This document shows, piece after piece, positions 12,589 through 25,809 of a stretch of 64,000 nucleotides of DNA (within the stretch, counting starts at the first letter, position 1; the number at the start of each line of letters is the position of its first letter). Source of the DNA: the human T2T-CHM13v2.0 reference genome, Homo sapiens. The notes beneath the pieces are model-generated. The model was not told where the DNA came from and searched no databases. It was given only the letters and a program-made list of their open reading frames with translations. Location of the stretch: assembly GCF_009914755.1 (NCBI RefSeq), contig NC_060929.1; one strand, given 5' to 3'. Both the position numbers and the translations under genes were made by a program.

Positions 12589-13050
12589 TGTATTAGTTTC
12601 TAGGGCTCCTATATAACAAATTACTACACAATGTGTGGCTGAAACAATAGAAATTTATTTTCTCATAGTTCTGAAAGCAAAAGTTCAAAATCAAGAGGTC
12701 AGCATGGCAGTGCCCTCTCTGAAGCCTCATCAGGAGAATGTGTTTCTGATTTCTTCTTACTGTCTGTTGTGAAAACCCTTGGCATTCCTTGGTTTGCAGC
12801 GGGATAGCTCTAATCTCAGCCTGCGTCATCACATGGTATACTCCCTGTGTCTCACCCTCTTGGTGTTTCTCCTCCTGTCCTTATAAGGACACCAATCATA
12901 TCAGATTAAAAGCCCACCCTAATTCAGAATAACTTTATTTTAACCTAACTGATTACATCTACAATGGCTCTAGTTCCAAATTAGATCACATTATGAGGGA
13001 CTGAGGGTTGAGAGTTTATTGTATCATGTGGGGACATAAGTAATCAATAA
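12589..13050 (-). mobile_element. MLT1 (MLT1C-like) MaLR solo LTR
   Basis: TGTATTAGTTTC.AGGGCT, AGAAATTTATTTTCTCATAGTTCTG and CTTATAAGGACACCAATCAT motifs. Confidence 0.8.
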
Positions 13051-14481
13051 AATTTTTCAAGGTTTTATTGACCTACAAATAAAACCTTGAAGAATGGCTA
13101 GTTTTTAACTGTCACAGGCATCTTCAGAACATTAACAACTTAACAGGTGAAATTTCTAATTTGATATATTGTTAAGACAATGCATTGACAAAATTTTAAT
13201 AATGACCTGTATTTGAATGCTGGATGACATCAGATGTGAATTGCTCTTGGGAATAATTTCTTCTTTACCACACTTAAGTATTCTGTCCAGGTCCTCAACA
13301 TTCCCATACCCACTCAGCCATTTATAAATACTCTCTATAGAGCAACATAGCTAACTTTTAAAATTGCTTGTCAAAATTCAAAACCCATTGGAGATGATGC
13401 TTTTCTGTTTATAAATGGATTAACAAGAGGTATTTTCTAAAGGAACAACTAGATCTTATGTGGAATGGGATGATGGCTAAAAAATAACATTATTCATAGT
13501 CATTACACAGGGAAATTATATACAGAAAAGTAATAATATTATCAGTGAGATAAATTATATCTATGTATCTGTACCTATACCCATCTATTATCTATCTATC
13601 ATATGATGTGAGAGAGAAAGTGATAAGGAGTGATAAGGGCATATTTCAGATCATAAGCCAAAAATCAAAAGTATTGTTCTAGGGGAAAATGTTAAAAAAT
13701 AAGTAAGAAAAAATACCAAAGTTATTGAGGGTGCTGAGTCAAAATAAATAAAAATGAAAAAACATAGAAAAAAGAATCATGATAAGGATAAAAAAACGCT
13801 GAAATGTGATACAAAACAAAATTGAGGACAGGTGGAGCAAACTTTTTTATTTTTTTAAGAGAAAGTGATGCTGGTCATAAGATGTTAAATTTTACCTAAT
13901 TACTTTCTAAGAAAGACTAGATGCCATACTTGTTCCAAGCTATGTGACTAAGCTTTATGATTACACAGTGCACATCAGCTGCAATCAGCCCTCAAAACTT
14001 TAATGAGAACTCTAGTTCAGAAAACAAGTAGTTTTTTAGAGGATGATGAAAATTAAAATAGAAGAAGTGCAAACTACATAAAGCAATCATCTTAGAAATG
14101 AAGAATTTTGCAAAACATCAACAGGTGCAAATCATGCATGATGATATGGAATCACATTGAAATAATAAATTATCTTCTAGAGAGGAAAAATAATGATTTT
14201 TATAATGATAAATTTTCTGCATATTTTGTTTCTGACACACATTTTCACGGAAACATTTTCATAATTATGTACAGACTTCATTTCAATCAAGTAGAGGTCT
14301 TTAGCCATGGCTGTATACTTGGAGAACATTTTATAAATAGCGGTTCCTGGGCTTTAGCTAAAGGCATTCTGATATAACAGAAGAGAGTGCATCAGTTTTA
14401 GAGTTTTATATTATTTTATAATTTATTATTTACATATAATACTGCAAAAATAATATTTTGGTTTCATAATTTTACTGTAAT

Positions 14482-14820
14482 TGCATCAGGCATAATAGGT
14501 TAGTTTATGCTACCATAACAAGAACCACAAATATTTCAGTGTTCTATCAAAATAGGGTTTATTTCTCTCTCTCAAAGTTCAAAGTAAGTCCAAGCAAATC
14601 TTCAATTAACTGTCCTCCATGTAATGGTTTGGTATTCCAAACAGCATCGATCTGTCTACATGTCTATCTATATGGGTTTCCAGGCTCATTGGTGAAGAAG
14701 TCATGGACATTTACAAATATTTTAAGTAATTGATTCCCAAATTTTGATAAAGTGTCTCCATGCACGGTCCATTGGTTAGAAGTAGTATGACTCCACTTAA
14801 GTATTAAAGACAGTGTGGAC
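14482..14820 (-). mobile_element. Old ERVL/MaLR LTR fragment (LTR33/MLT1-like)
   Basis: TTATGCTACCATAACAAGAACCAC...GGTTTATTTCTCTCTC resembles an antisense LTR end. Confidence 0.45.
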
Positions 14821-14949
14821 TTATCTGGTCTAATTTTATGTCTGGAAAGTTTTCTAGTTTATAATATGAAATATTAGTTTCAGTACAATAATTTAGTTTT
14901 CTTCTTCAGGGAAAATAATAATGCAAAAGTTCAACCTCATTTGTCTTTC

Positions 14950-16030
14950 TTCCATTTCAGTCACTTTTGTTCTGGTCCTTTATAATATTTTAAACATCTC
15001 TGATTTATTCTCTTGATTGTTTTCCTGCCTTGACTCAATAAGCTTTAATAAGGGCTCATTCAAATAAATCTATTATCTCAAGGGCATTTTCTGATGTTGT
15101 CTTTACATATGATATTATTTTATCTTTTACATATATTTCATGATTTTAGTGAACTTTTATTTTTAATGAGTTTTTATTTCTCTTATCTTTTGTATTTTGA
15201 TTCAAGGTAATATTTCATATTTTTATTTTGTTTTGATGTAAATTTCTGTTTGCAATGTTGATTTTTTTTTCAGTTGTATAGTTTGTGTATTATTGAAACT
15301 TTCTACTAGCTGAACATTTGTGTTTTGCCATATCTAACTTTATACAGAAATTTTATGATGTCTACCCTTTTCTACTCTTTCTTAGCGGCGAGTGAATTCC
15401 TTCTTCTGGTATTCTGGTATTTCTGCTCTCTTCTGTCTATTTTCTTTCATGGTTGAGAGAAGGAGAAGAGAGAAAATAAGTTGGTGGTGTTATTCTCTTT
15501 CATCAGCTGTAGAATACTTACTTCAGTAGGATACATACATTTCCCCTCTATTTTCTTTATTTCTTTCATGACATCATCTCCGAAGTACACTGCCTCTTCT
15601 GAATCTGGTTCTTTCCAAGAAAGATCACTTTTCCAAACTGCCACTTATAATTCCACACATTTTTAGTCTTTTACTTCATAATGAAGTCTAAGAATCTCTA
15701 AGGCCCAACCCGTGTTCAATAAGTTTATTCTTGTTATTTCACTTTCTCTTTCTGAGGATGATGTAGTATGCCTCCTCTAAGCCCTCTGCTGCTGGCTGTT
15801 CTTGATCATGGAGTCTCTTCAGGTCTCCCCTTTCAAGCTCTCTGTACCCACAATCTTAGAGCAGACATGAGATTATGGTGGGTCTGCAGTTGATATTGCT
15901 TTTCCCATTTCTATTATTTAAACATTATCTAGAGTTATAGTGGTCTCTGTCTCCTAGTGATATTGAAAGTGTGGGCCCTATGGGTTATTATTTGTTGCCC
16001 TTGATTTTTTTTTCATCATTTCAGGAAATA
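14950..16030 (-). mobile_element. Probable ancient L1M fragment
   Basis: Strong T-rich strand skew with degenerate L1-like motifs. Family is uncertain. Confidence 0.35.
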
Positions 16031-18011
16031 AGGGAAATATTGTCATTGCTCTCTAAGCCCAGATGTCTACAACCAGGAAAATGTCATTTTAATTGATGAT
16101 TAAAACTGGAGGAAAATTATAAAATTAATATATAAGCAGTAAGGTTCTACATGGTTATTAATGTTTAGTACCAAATTTGGTCTTGAGTTTCTCACAATAT
16201 AAAATTTAGTCAGTTAAAAGATTTTTACTGTTTGTCAGGAAAAATAATACATTTTATACCTCAGAAGAAAAATGCAGCCTTACAGCACCTAAATCTGAAA
16301 GAAATGTCTTACATAAATCTTATACTGGTTATATTAACACAGTGACAATAATCTCTAGAGAAATTCTTTTTACTCATATCATCTATGTCATAGAATTTAT
16401 TTATAGGATTGAATTGAGGATATATTTTTAGTGTCCAGCACTAAGCTGATAGTGAAACACTTATAAGGTTTTAGCTACAGTTAATTATTATTAACTCTAA
16501 GAGTAATAATAGTAACTTATAGAATTTGATACTGTACTACCTCCCTGCCTCATGGGCTTGTGATGTGCCACTTTTAGAGCTTTAGCAATGAGTCTGCTTA
16601 GGATAGCCAATCAGCATATTCCTAGCTACATCACCCAGAGACAGATTCAATGTGTTGTAGGTAAGCAAGTCAGCAAGTGATGACCCCTACGTCACCTACT
16701 TTCTGATTGGAGATTTTTTTTCTTCTAAACTTAGATGATTTACCTTATAGCCCTGAACTTGTATATTATTATCTTGCACCCACAAAGATGCAGTTCAAAG
16801 CTGAAGACAAAAAAGAAAGATGCAAAGATGTCAAGGCTTTGACATTAATACCACCTCAAAACAGCTGAGAATTCCATCCCAAAATGCTGACATGAGTCAG
16901 TAAATTCCAACACTGATGGAGCCATTTCTAGCTAAGTTTTATGTCCACTTGTATGTAAAATAATCCCAAGTAAAACAATAAGAATGTAATGGTTTTATTC
17001 TCAATATAATTTATGGGCTTAAAACCAAAGCATAGCTCATATAAAATAATTGCTTTAAAGGATGAATCAATAACTTTCAAATATTCGGGTTTTTGGTATG
17101 ACAATCAAAACTCAAAATTATATACCCAAAGATATTAGTGAGAATAGTGTTTTTCATAAGTGTTATCATTTTAAAATGCATGGACACGTGCACATGAATA
17201 CATATGATTATTAAAATATATAAACGTAACAGAGAAGAAAGTAAATAATTTCTGAAAAATTCACAAACCAGACAAATTTTACAGGATATAATGTGGTGCA
17301 CAAGTTTTAAAGATTTAGTTTATTTTAAAAAAAGTATATACGAATAGAGATTTGCATATATAATTTTATTTCTAATGTTATGTCATAAATGAAATTTCAA
17401 ACAACTTGTTCCCTAAAAAATGGATTAGTTTTTATCTATTCAAAATAAGAGTACATCCAGCTGGAATAGGTTAAGAGTCATGGATAAATAGTTGTGTCAA
17501 GTGGAGGGCTATTAATTCTGTTACTCATAATGCTAAGATTAGATGTGACATCAGCCTGGAACTGACAACAATAGTTCAATTGCTAAGAAAGCAAGAGCTT
17601 CAAGGATAAAATTACTGTGAAAAATAGAAACAGTGACCAAACACTTAAGTAAACTCATGCTAAGAAGACAGAAGAATGAGAATGACAGAAAACTATACCC
17701 AGCATTAAGCAGCTAGCAAGGGATAAAATGAAGCAAATACAGTTTTCCTTCTTTTTATTTTAGAGTAAAATATGACATATATAATACTTGAGTACATGTT
17801 AAACTCTTAAAAATACACAGATTTACTGTTATATACGAATATTGGAGAAACCATTTCAATCAAAAATGAGTTACAGAGTAGCTTTTATTTTACATTAATA
17901 TACTGATGTCTGGGAAATTATAGTAGTTTTAAATTAAGATTTGGTTATTTCATGTCATATTTACTGTATAATTTCAACACATGATTGAAAATATACATTA
18001 TATGTGTATAC

Positions 18012-18316
18012 TTTTTCTTTTTTTTTTTTTGTTTGAGACAGAGTCTCACTCTGTTGCCCAGGCTGGAGTGCAGTGGTGCAATCTCGGCTCACTGCAAGCT
18101 CCGCCTCCTGGGTTCACACCATTCTCCTGCCTCAGCCTCCTGAGTAGCTGGGACTACAGGCACCCGCCACCAGGCCCGGCTAATTTTTTTGTATTTTTAG
18201 TAGAGACGGGGTTTCACCATGTTAGCCAGGATGGTCTCGATCTCCTGACCTCATGATCTGCCTGCCTTAGCCTCCCAAAGTGCTGGGATTACAGGAGTGA
18301 GCCACCGTGCCTGGCC
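18012..18316 (-). mobile_element. AluY
   Basis: CACTGCAAGCTCCGCCTCC..TTCACACCATTCTCC and TTAGCCAGGATGGTCTCGATCTCC. Confidence 0.95.
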
Positions 18317-19498
18317 TGAATAGACTTTTTCTACTCAGTGCAATTTCATTTTAAAAATTAGCCATTGAATAATTTTAGTGGTTTGAATTTTAGAACACTT
18401 TTCAATTAAAAATTAATAATCAGAAAATACAGTTGGAGGATGCTAAAAATTCATCACATCATGAGGCATTTACTATGCATATAAATATCTATGTCTTTGT
18501 CTAAATCCTTGAAAGTATTTACAGAATACCAAGTTAACTAGATCTTATTCACAAAACACACTTTTGCATTTAAGTCACTATGTTTATATGAACAAAAAAA
18601 TTGAAAAAAACGTTCTAGTCTGTTCTCTAACAACTATAAAAAAGGACTCAGGGGTACTTGTGCTTTTATTTTAGAGTTTCAATCTCACTGGATTAATGAG
18701 AACTATATAGAAGCATTGGGAATTTTTTCTGTGGTTGTTTATATATTTTTTATTTGTTGTCTAAATTTGTTCAAATAGAGACAATGAGAATCAAGTAATT
18801 TCACATCCCAAGTATACACAAAGGAGTGTTCAGTGCTCAGAACAATAAATAAGAACTACTATCTTCCTCTGTACTGCCATTCCACATGTTGACAAGCCTT
18901 TGGAATAAAAGAATAAAACTCTTCACATATAATTAGTCAGTACAAATTGATGAAAAAATTAAATAAAATGGGTTCTGCTTAAACACATGATCATCAATCT
19001 ATAATTCACTCCCTCATCACTGATTTATAAATGTACTGAACTAATCAAATCAACTCATCCTCCCACACAGCCCTTAAGGGATAAAGGTGGCCTCGAACTT
19101 GCATGAACCTTTTTAATGTGGTTGCTTTGTTCAGTCATACTAAAACATGTAGAGAATGAAAGGGTTTTTAAAGCCTTAATAGAATGATCCTGAAGATATT
19201 TTTAAAACATTTAAACCAAATTTTCTGTGTAATGAATTTGTAGATCAAAGGTTTAATAAATTATTTTTATTAAATTGTTGATGGGGTTGAATATAAAGGA
19301 GATAGTTTTTAATAATAGAGTTGTCATGACTTGATAAATTGGAGATAATGTCTATCTATCGCAAAGATTTGCAATGCAACCCAGGAAAAAATGTTTAATT
19401 AGAAAAGTTTACAAAGAAAAGAAAAACAAAAAAACTCTTTAATTAGGGAGCCCACCAAAGTTGTAAACTGTGGGGTACATTGCTCTTTTGATGTTACT

Positions 19499-19860
19499 TT
19501 ACATAGTAGAATAAGAAACTAGTTAGCCATGGAGATATATAATATATATAATAGTGTACATTATATACTATAGTGTATTAATATATATATTACTATATTA
19601 TGTAAATATAAAATAATATATACCATACAAATATTAATATATAGTATTATATAAAATATATTTTATATATCAGTATGGCTAGTTTCATCTATTATATGTA
19701 TATATTATCTCTGTTTCTCTTTATATGTAAATATAAACATCCCTACATTACACATATTACTACATATTTATTTTAGAAATATGTGTGTATTTATTTATTC
19801 ATACAATAATTATGTGTGTGTGTATATATATATATATACACATACGCATACATACAAATA
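19499..19860. repeat. AT-rich low-complexity region with imperfect inverted arms and (TG)/(TA) runs
   Basis: Nearly pure A/T at 19535-19670, bounded by GAAACTAG(TTAG)CCAT...ATGGCTAGTTTC. Confidence 0.75.
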
Positions 19861-19884
19861 TCTTAAAAAGGTAAAGCTTTAGCC

Positions 19885-20340
19885 CATGCTATTTGTTTTA
19901 AAAACTGACTCACAACAAGCCATCTCAAAACTAGTTGCTTAAAGTAAGTATAATTTATTATCATAGATCTATGGATAGGCTGAATATTAACTACAGTAGA
20001 TGGATATTAGCTGGAAGGTGTGTTGATGTTAACCATGCTTGTTTACTCTACAGAAATTGGATGTTATTTTTTGAATGTGTTTTTCCTCCCCTTTCTGTGT
20101 CACGTGAACTTGATCTGACATGTTTTTCTCATAGAAGCAGCAGAGGCATAAAAGAGAAAAGGTAAGGTGAAAATTCAGAAATGGCCTGCCATTATTTCCG
20201 TCTTATTTTAATGTCCAAGGTAGGTTGTATGGTTGAATCAAAGTCAAATGGAAAGAAAAGCAATTTTATCACTTGGTCAAAGGGCATGGGAAACAGATCC
20301 AAGTGGGTGAAGCATTGAGGTATTTAATGCAGTATGACTG
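19885..20340 (-). mobile_element. Old MLT1-type LTR (degraded)
   Basis: CATCTCAAAACTAGTTGCTTAAA..ATTTATTATC resembles an MLT1 antisense end. Confidence 0.45.
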
Positions 20341-20569
20341 ACTTGAAATAACTGGTCTCCAATTCTCTGATAAGTAGATATAAAAATTCAAGTGTTTTAT
20401 TCTTTCAGCTTCCTCAGCTTTCTTACTTTATCAGCCTGTGTTAATTCAGTTGTAATTATCATAAAATTTGCCCATTCCTGTAACTGAGATTAAAAATTAA
20501 TTTTGATTTTTAAGAAAAACAGAGTGAAATGTACCTGTTTTGAAGAGACTCTGACATCTTGCTGTTCAC

Positions 20570-20815
20570 AATAATAATAGCTAATAGTGAACACTATATG
20601 TAGCAAGAAAGCCTACAAGTGCATAATTTTATTTAATTCATTCAATGTAGATACTATTATTACTCCAATTCCAATTATTCACTAACCCAGTTCTCCTGTT
20701 GAAAAATAAGGTACAGAGAACAGGTTTAAAAAGTTGACTAGGTTACCATGGTTAAGAATCATCAGACTCCTGTCAAATCCCAGGACTGTTTCACATCAAA
20801 GTCTATGCTTTAATG
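20570..20815 (-). mobile_element. MIR
   Basis: AATAATAATAGCTAA..ACTATATG, GATACTATTATTACTCCAATT and AAAGTCTATGCTTTAA. Confidence 0.6.
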
Positions 20816-20874
20816 ATCAGGAAACACCTGCTCCCATGAACAAAGGAACAGGAATCAGTGGATGCACATCTTCA

Positions 20875-21100
20875 GTGAGGTTTAATGTATAACACATGAG
20901 TTTGGAATCGGCCAGTCTACCTTTGAACTCCAGAGGTACCTTTGAAACATTCCTTAAGCTGTCTGGATTTCCTCCATGTGATAATGAGAATAAAAATACT
21001 ATCTCTACTTTAGAAATTCTTTAAGATCACACGAGATGCTTGTAAAATATTTAGCAGAGCTTATGACATGGGTAAAATAAGCTATTATTATTATTATTAC
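20875..21100 (+). mobile_element. MIR
   Basis: TTTGGAATC, TTTCCTC..TG..AATGAGAATAAAAATA, ending AGCTATTATTATTATT. Confidence 0.6.
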
Positions 21101-21299
21101 TCAGGAAGCAGATTTGAAATCAATGTAAACAATTTATTGATGAAAAAGATAAAATTTAATATTGTTTACTGTTGTACAACTGTTATTAAACCTTTTCTCG
21201 ACTGCTTTATTGTCTCTAACTTTCCAAAAATGAAACTCTGACTTTATGAAACTTTTCTTTACTCTTTTAGTCATGTTTTCCAAGTGACCCATTTTCTAC

Positions 21300-21650
21300 C
21301 AGAGTTCAAGATAAGACTCTCTGAGTCCTTGTAAGACTATCTGAGGCATTTGTCCACAGATCTTAGGAGAAGAAATTATGTATATCTTGCACAGAGGTCC
21401 AAAACAAAAAGTAATCTTAGAGTTTGGGATAAAATGTAGTGACAGAGTAAGCCAGCCTACAGAGACCAGAGATAGAGAGAGAAGGACAGAAAGAATGATG
21501 GCAACATTGGATACCATAATCCAGTCCTTCATGAGACCCAGCTGTACCTCTATACTTTCCATGTCTAAAAATCTGAGACAATAAATTTCTCTTTGCCAAA
21601 GACAGAGTTGTATTTCAATTTTTTGAAGACAAAGATCTTTAACAGAAACA
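21300..21650 (+). mobile_element. Old MLT1-type LTR fragment
   Basis: TGAGACAATAAATTTCTCTTTG...CTTTAACAGAAACA resembles an MLT1 3' end. Confidence 0.45.
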
Positions 21651-22798
21651 TAGATCATTGCCTGAATCTAGAGTCCTAGGAAATTCATAGATTAAACATG
21701 TGGGGAGCAAATGGGAATCCAGGACAAGAGATGAGTAATATCAACCAGCAAGTTAGGAGAAAAAGCAAAGAAGTGATGAATCCAAGAAGTCAAAAAAACG
21801 AGGAGAAAGTAGTGATAAACACAAAGACATAAATATATGGGGGCAGGAATCATGAAGTTTCACCTATTTTCTGTCTACAAAAATGAGAGTAGTTTTGGTA
21901 GAGCCATAGATAAAAAGGGCTAATTTGAACAAATTGTAATAAAGTCAGAAAGCAACTAGAAATGATGGTAATTATCAACAATTTCAAGTAGTTGTTCTGC
22001 AAATATGAGCAAATAAATAGTATTATATTTAAAAAGTAAGCAAAACATAGTTTCTTTATGAGAAACTATGTAGTAATGGAAATATTATAATAGAGAACAT
22101 TTGATTACATGGAAGGAAGACAGAAGAATTGCAGAAATGACACCCTTGAATAAATTAGGAGAATGAAGTGGAGTGACTGATGTTTGATAGAAGCAAATGT
22201 ATTTCATCGATTGTTTCAGGAATTAATGCAGAAGAATCTTTTCATCTTTGTGTGCTAATAAATCTGAAAGACTTAAAATACTGCAAGCACATATTAATTA
22301 CTTGGTGGATATCTGTTTTGTTAATTAATGGCCATGGAATTAAAACTGCGGAATGAGAAATATGAGACATCAAGTAGAAGAGGGAAAAAAAAAAGTAAGA
22401 TCAATGAAATGGAAGTTTTAAGAGATTTGAAGTTTTGTTAGGTTTAGGGTGATGAAGTAAATTAGAAGAATTGGTGGTCAAAGTATAGAATTCAAGAAAC
22501 TGAGATCATGGAGGTGATGTAGTAATTAGTACCACAAGATCTAGACAATGAAAAAAGCCTAAATAGATTATGGCTGAGATAAAGACCAGAACTTTAGGGA
22601 AATGGAATTCAAGGATCTGCAGTGCCAGAAGTTGGAAGCATCCTCCAGGTATTTATTGCAATTACAGAGAACTGAGGTAAGAATACTATGTTCTAAAATC
22701 ATTGAGCTGTGGAGGAGAATAAATCTGTGGGTTGTGGATGACAGCAACAATGAAGGCTAGTGAGTGAAGAAAAATAATAATACACATGAGATTCAAAC

Positions 22799-23524
22799 TG
22801 TATTAGTCCATTTCACACTGCTATGAAGAACTGCCTTAGACTGGGTAATTTGTAAAGAAAAGAGGTTTAGTTGACTCACAGTTCCACGTGGCTGGGGAGG
22901 CCTCAGGAAACTTACATTCATGACAGAAGGAAAAGCAGGAACAAGTGCCTTCTTCAGAAGGCAGCAGGAGAGAGAGAGAGAGCATGCAGGGCAAACTGCC
23001 ACTTTTAAACCATTGGATTTTGTGAGAACTCCCTCAATATCATGAGAACTGCATGGGGGAAACCACCCCCCATGATCCAATCACCTCCTACCAGCTCCAT
23101 CCCTCAACAAGTGGGCAATACAATCCAAGATGAGATCTGGGTGGTGTATTAGTCTGTTTTCACACTGCTGATAAAGACATACCTGAGACTGGAAAAAAAA
23201 AGAGGCTTAATGGACTCACAATTCCACATGTCTGGGGAGGCCTCACAATCGAGGAAGGCAAGGAGGAGCCAGTCAAGTCTTACATGGATAGTATCAGGGA
23301 AAGAAAGAGCTTCTGCAGGGAAATTACCATTTTTAAAAACTTTAGATCTTGTGAGACTTATTCACTATCATGAGAAAAGTGCAGGAAAGACCCTCCCCCA
23401 TAATTCAATCACCTCCCACTGGGTTCCTCCCACAACACATGGGAATAGTGGGAGTTACAATTCAAGATGAGATTTGAGTGGGGACAAATCATATCAGGTG
23501 GGAACACAGAACCAAACCATATCA
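22799..23524 (-). mobile_element. MSTA-like MaLR solo LTR, split by THE1 (pieces 22799-23144 and 23497-23524)
   Basis: TGTATTAGTCC...AAACCATATCA termini, GGCCTCAGGAAACTTAC motif, flanking CAAAC/AAAAC. Confidence 0.85.
23145..23496 (-). mobile_element. THE1 (THE1B/C-like) solo LTR
   Basis: TGTATTAGTCTGTTTTCACACTGCTGATAAAGACATACC...CATATCA with perfect 5-bp TSD GGTGG. Confidence 0.88.
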
Positions 23525-23592
23525 AAAACCCAAGGATCATCAGGAAGGAGAGAGGAGGAATGCCCTGAATTTGGAAATACTATCTAAGAAAA

Positions 23593-23890
23593 GGCCAGGC
23601 ACAGTGGCTCACACCTGTAATCCCAGCTCTTTGGGAGGCTGAGGCAAGCAGATCATGAGGTCAGGAGATCAAGAGCATCCTGGCTAACATGGTGAAACCC
23701 TGTCTCTACTAAAAAAATACAAAAAATTAGATGGGCGTGGTGGCACATGCCTATAGTGTCAGCTACTCAGGAGGCTGAGGCAGGAGAATTGCTTGAACCT
23801 CAGAGGTAGAGGTTGCAGTGAACCAAGATCACACCACTGCACTCCAGCCTGGGCGAGAGAGCAAAAATCCTAAATAAATAAATAAATAAA
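23593..23890 (+). mobile_element. AluS (AluSc-like)
   Basis: Full dimer with (TAAA)n tail. Confidence 0.92.
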
Positions 23891-25518
23891 ACCCAGATTT
23901 GTTTTGTGAAGCTGTGAGAACAAAAAACGAATATTACTGACAGGCCAGCAGTGGAAGCCATGTCCACAGGAGAGATCCATGTTTTCATCAGAAAAATAGT
24001 TTGAAAGGAAAGATCAAAGAATTTGATCTCAGGATGTAAAATAATTCCTCTGGAACAGTATAAGGATGTCAGGAAATAGGATGGTAAGAAAAGAGGAAAA
24101 ATAGGGATTACAGAGCTTTAAAAGAGATTGGATTTTGGACCATGAAGTGTGACTGAGTCTGGGTGGGTTTTGGGGATACCACAAATAAGGAAGAAATAAA
24201 TAATGGGACTAATCCCAGCAAATTTACCACACATTGTGTTGGAGGGAGCCTGGATTTAGGGAGGAATTGTCTGGATCCTCCCTTAATAACTCACAAAGGT
24301 GGGAGTTTTGTACTACAGTTGACTTGACCTTTATTCCTAGCCCCTTCTTTCATGGCAGAACTCTGTTAGTAAGGATTCATGTTACACTGAATCACTCTTC
24401 ACACTGATGATAAGAGTAGACTGAATTGAAATTGAAGGATGAAGGCTCTTTATTTCCATATACAATACTTTTTTCATGTCTATTTTTTTCCTCTGCCAGA
24501 AAAATAAATTTGATCGAAAACAGGGTTTGGTGTTTTGTTTATTTCTTTATTCATATATTAAGAAAAGACCTATTCTAAAGCCTGGCTCAGAGGTATGTGT
24601 AAGTGAATGAGGCTGGTGGTAATATGATATGTTCCTTCATTACTTGTAACCACAGGGATTAGAAAATCTAGCTGAAAATATTTTATTTCTCTCTTCCATC
24701 CATTTGGCTTCACAAGCTGTCATATTGTTTATGTCTTCACTGCCTATAATTAAACACATAGGAGCAATAAAGAGTCTCTATCCCTAAGCAACACAATTGT
24801 TCATCCTTTGGGTTAGACTTTTTCTGTGTGTAAGAATGGTTGAGCATGAAAGAAAACTGCTATAAAATAAGGTATGTGACCATTAGATATTGATAAATTG
24901 TCACAAAGAAAGTAATTTCCCTTTTTGTAACAAAGTTGTAGGCTAACATAAAAAAGAATTTTTTGAAAAAATATTTGCCAGAGTTCAAATACTGTGTGTG
25001 TTATGTGTCTGTTTGTGTGTGTGTCTGTGTGTATATTTGTGCTATATCTTGGTTATTGAATCTTAACAGAGGTGAGTTTGTATAAAAGCAGGATACAGAA
25101 CACACAACAAAAGCCTATTTCTTAAATGCTGTAGAAGCCAGACCAAAAAATCTTAGCTACTTTGTACTATCATTTATACATTAATAATTAAGAATAGTAA
25201 ATATTGAGTCTGTAATATTCTCAGTTTAATATACATTTAAACCTCTATTGTAATGTACACACACACACAAAACATGTAATTACAGTATTTCCTCATAAAT
25301 AACAATGATTTGATCAATCACTAACTGTGCATACTTATTAATCGGTCAAGTGTTTTCAGTTGTAGTGCACAACGAAAGAAAAAAATAGACAGACCACTTA
25401 AATTCTTGCCTCTGAATTTCTCATCTGTGAATAAATGTTACTTTTCTCAACTTGAATACATATCCATATTATGTGACCAATTCTCTTCTTAAATAATTTT
25501 CAAATTTTTATTTCATTT

Positions 25519-25519
<1 letters not shown>

Positions 25520-25549
<30 letters not shown>

Positions 25550-25787
25550 AGACAGAGTCTAGCGCTGTTACCCAGACTGGAGTGCAGTGGGGTGATCTTG
25601 GCTCACTGCAACCTCCCCATCCCAGGTTCAAGTGATTCTCCTACCTCAACCTCCTGAGTAGCTGGGACTACAGGCACCACCAAGCCCAGCTAATTTTTGT
25701 ATTTTTAGTAGAGACGGGGTTTCACCATATTGACCAGGCTGGCCTCCAACTCCTGACCTCAGGTTACCTGCCCACCTCAGCCACCCA
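25520..25787 (-). mobile_element. AluS, 5'-truncated, with (TTG)n tail
   Basis: Alu body flanked by TSD TATTTCATTTA (25509-25519 and 25788-25798). Confidence 0.9.
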
Positions 25788-25809
25788 TATTTCATTTAGT
25801 TTTAACTAA

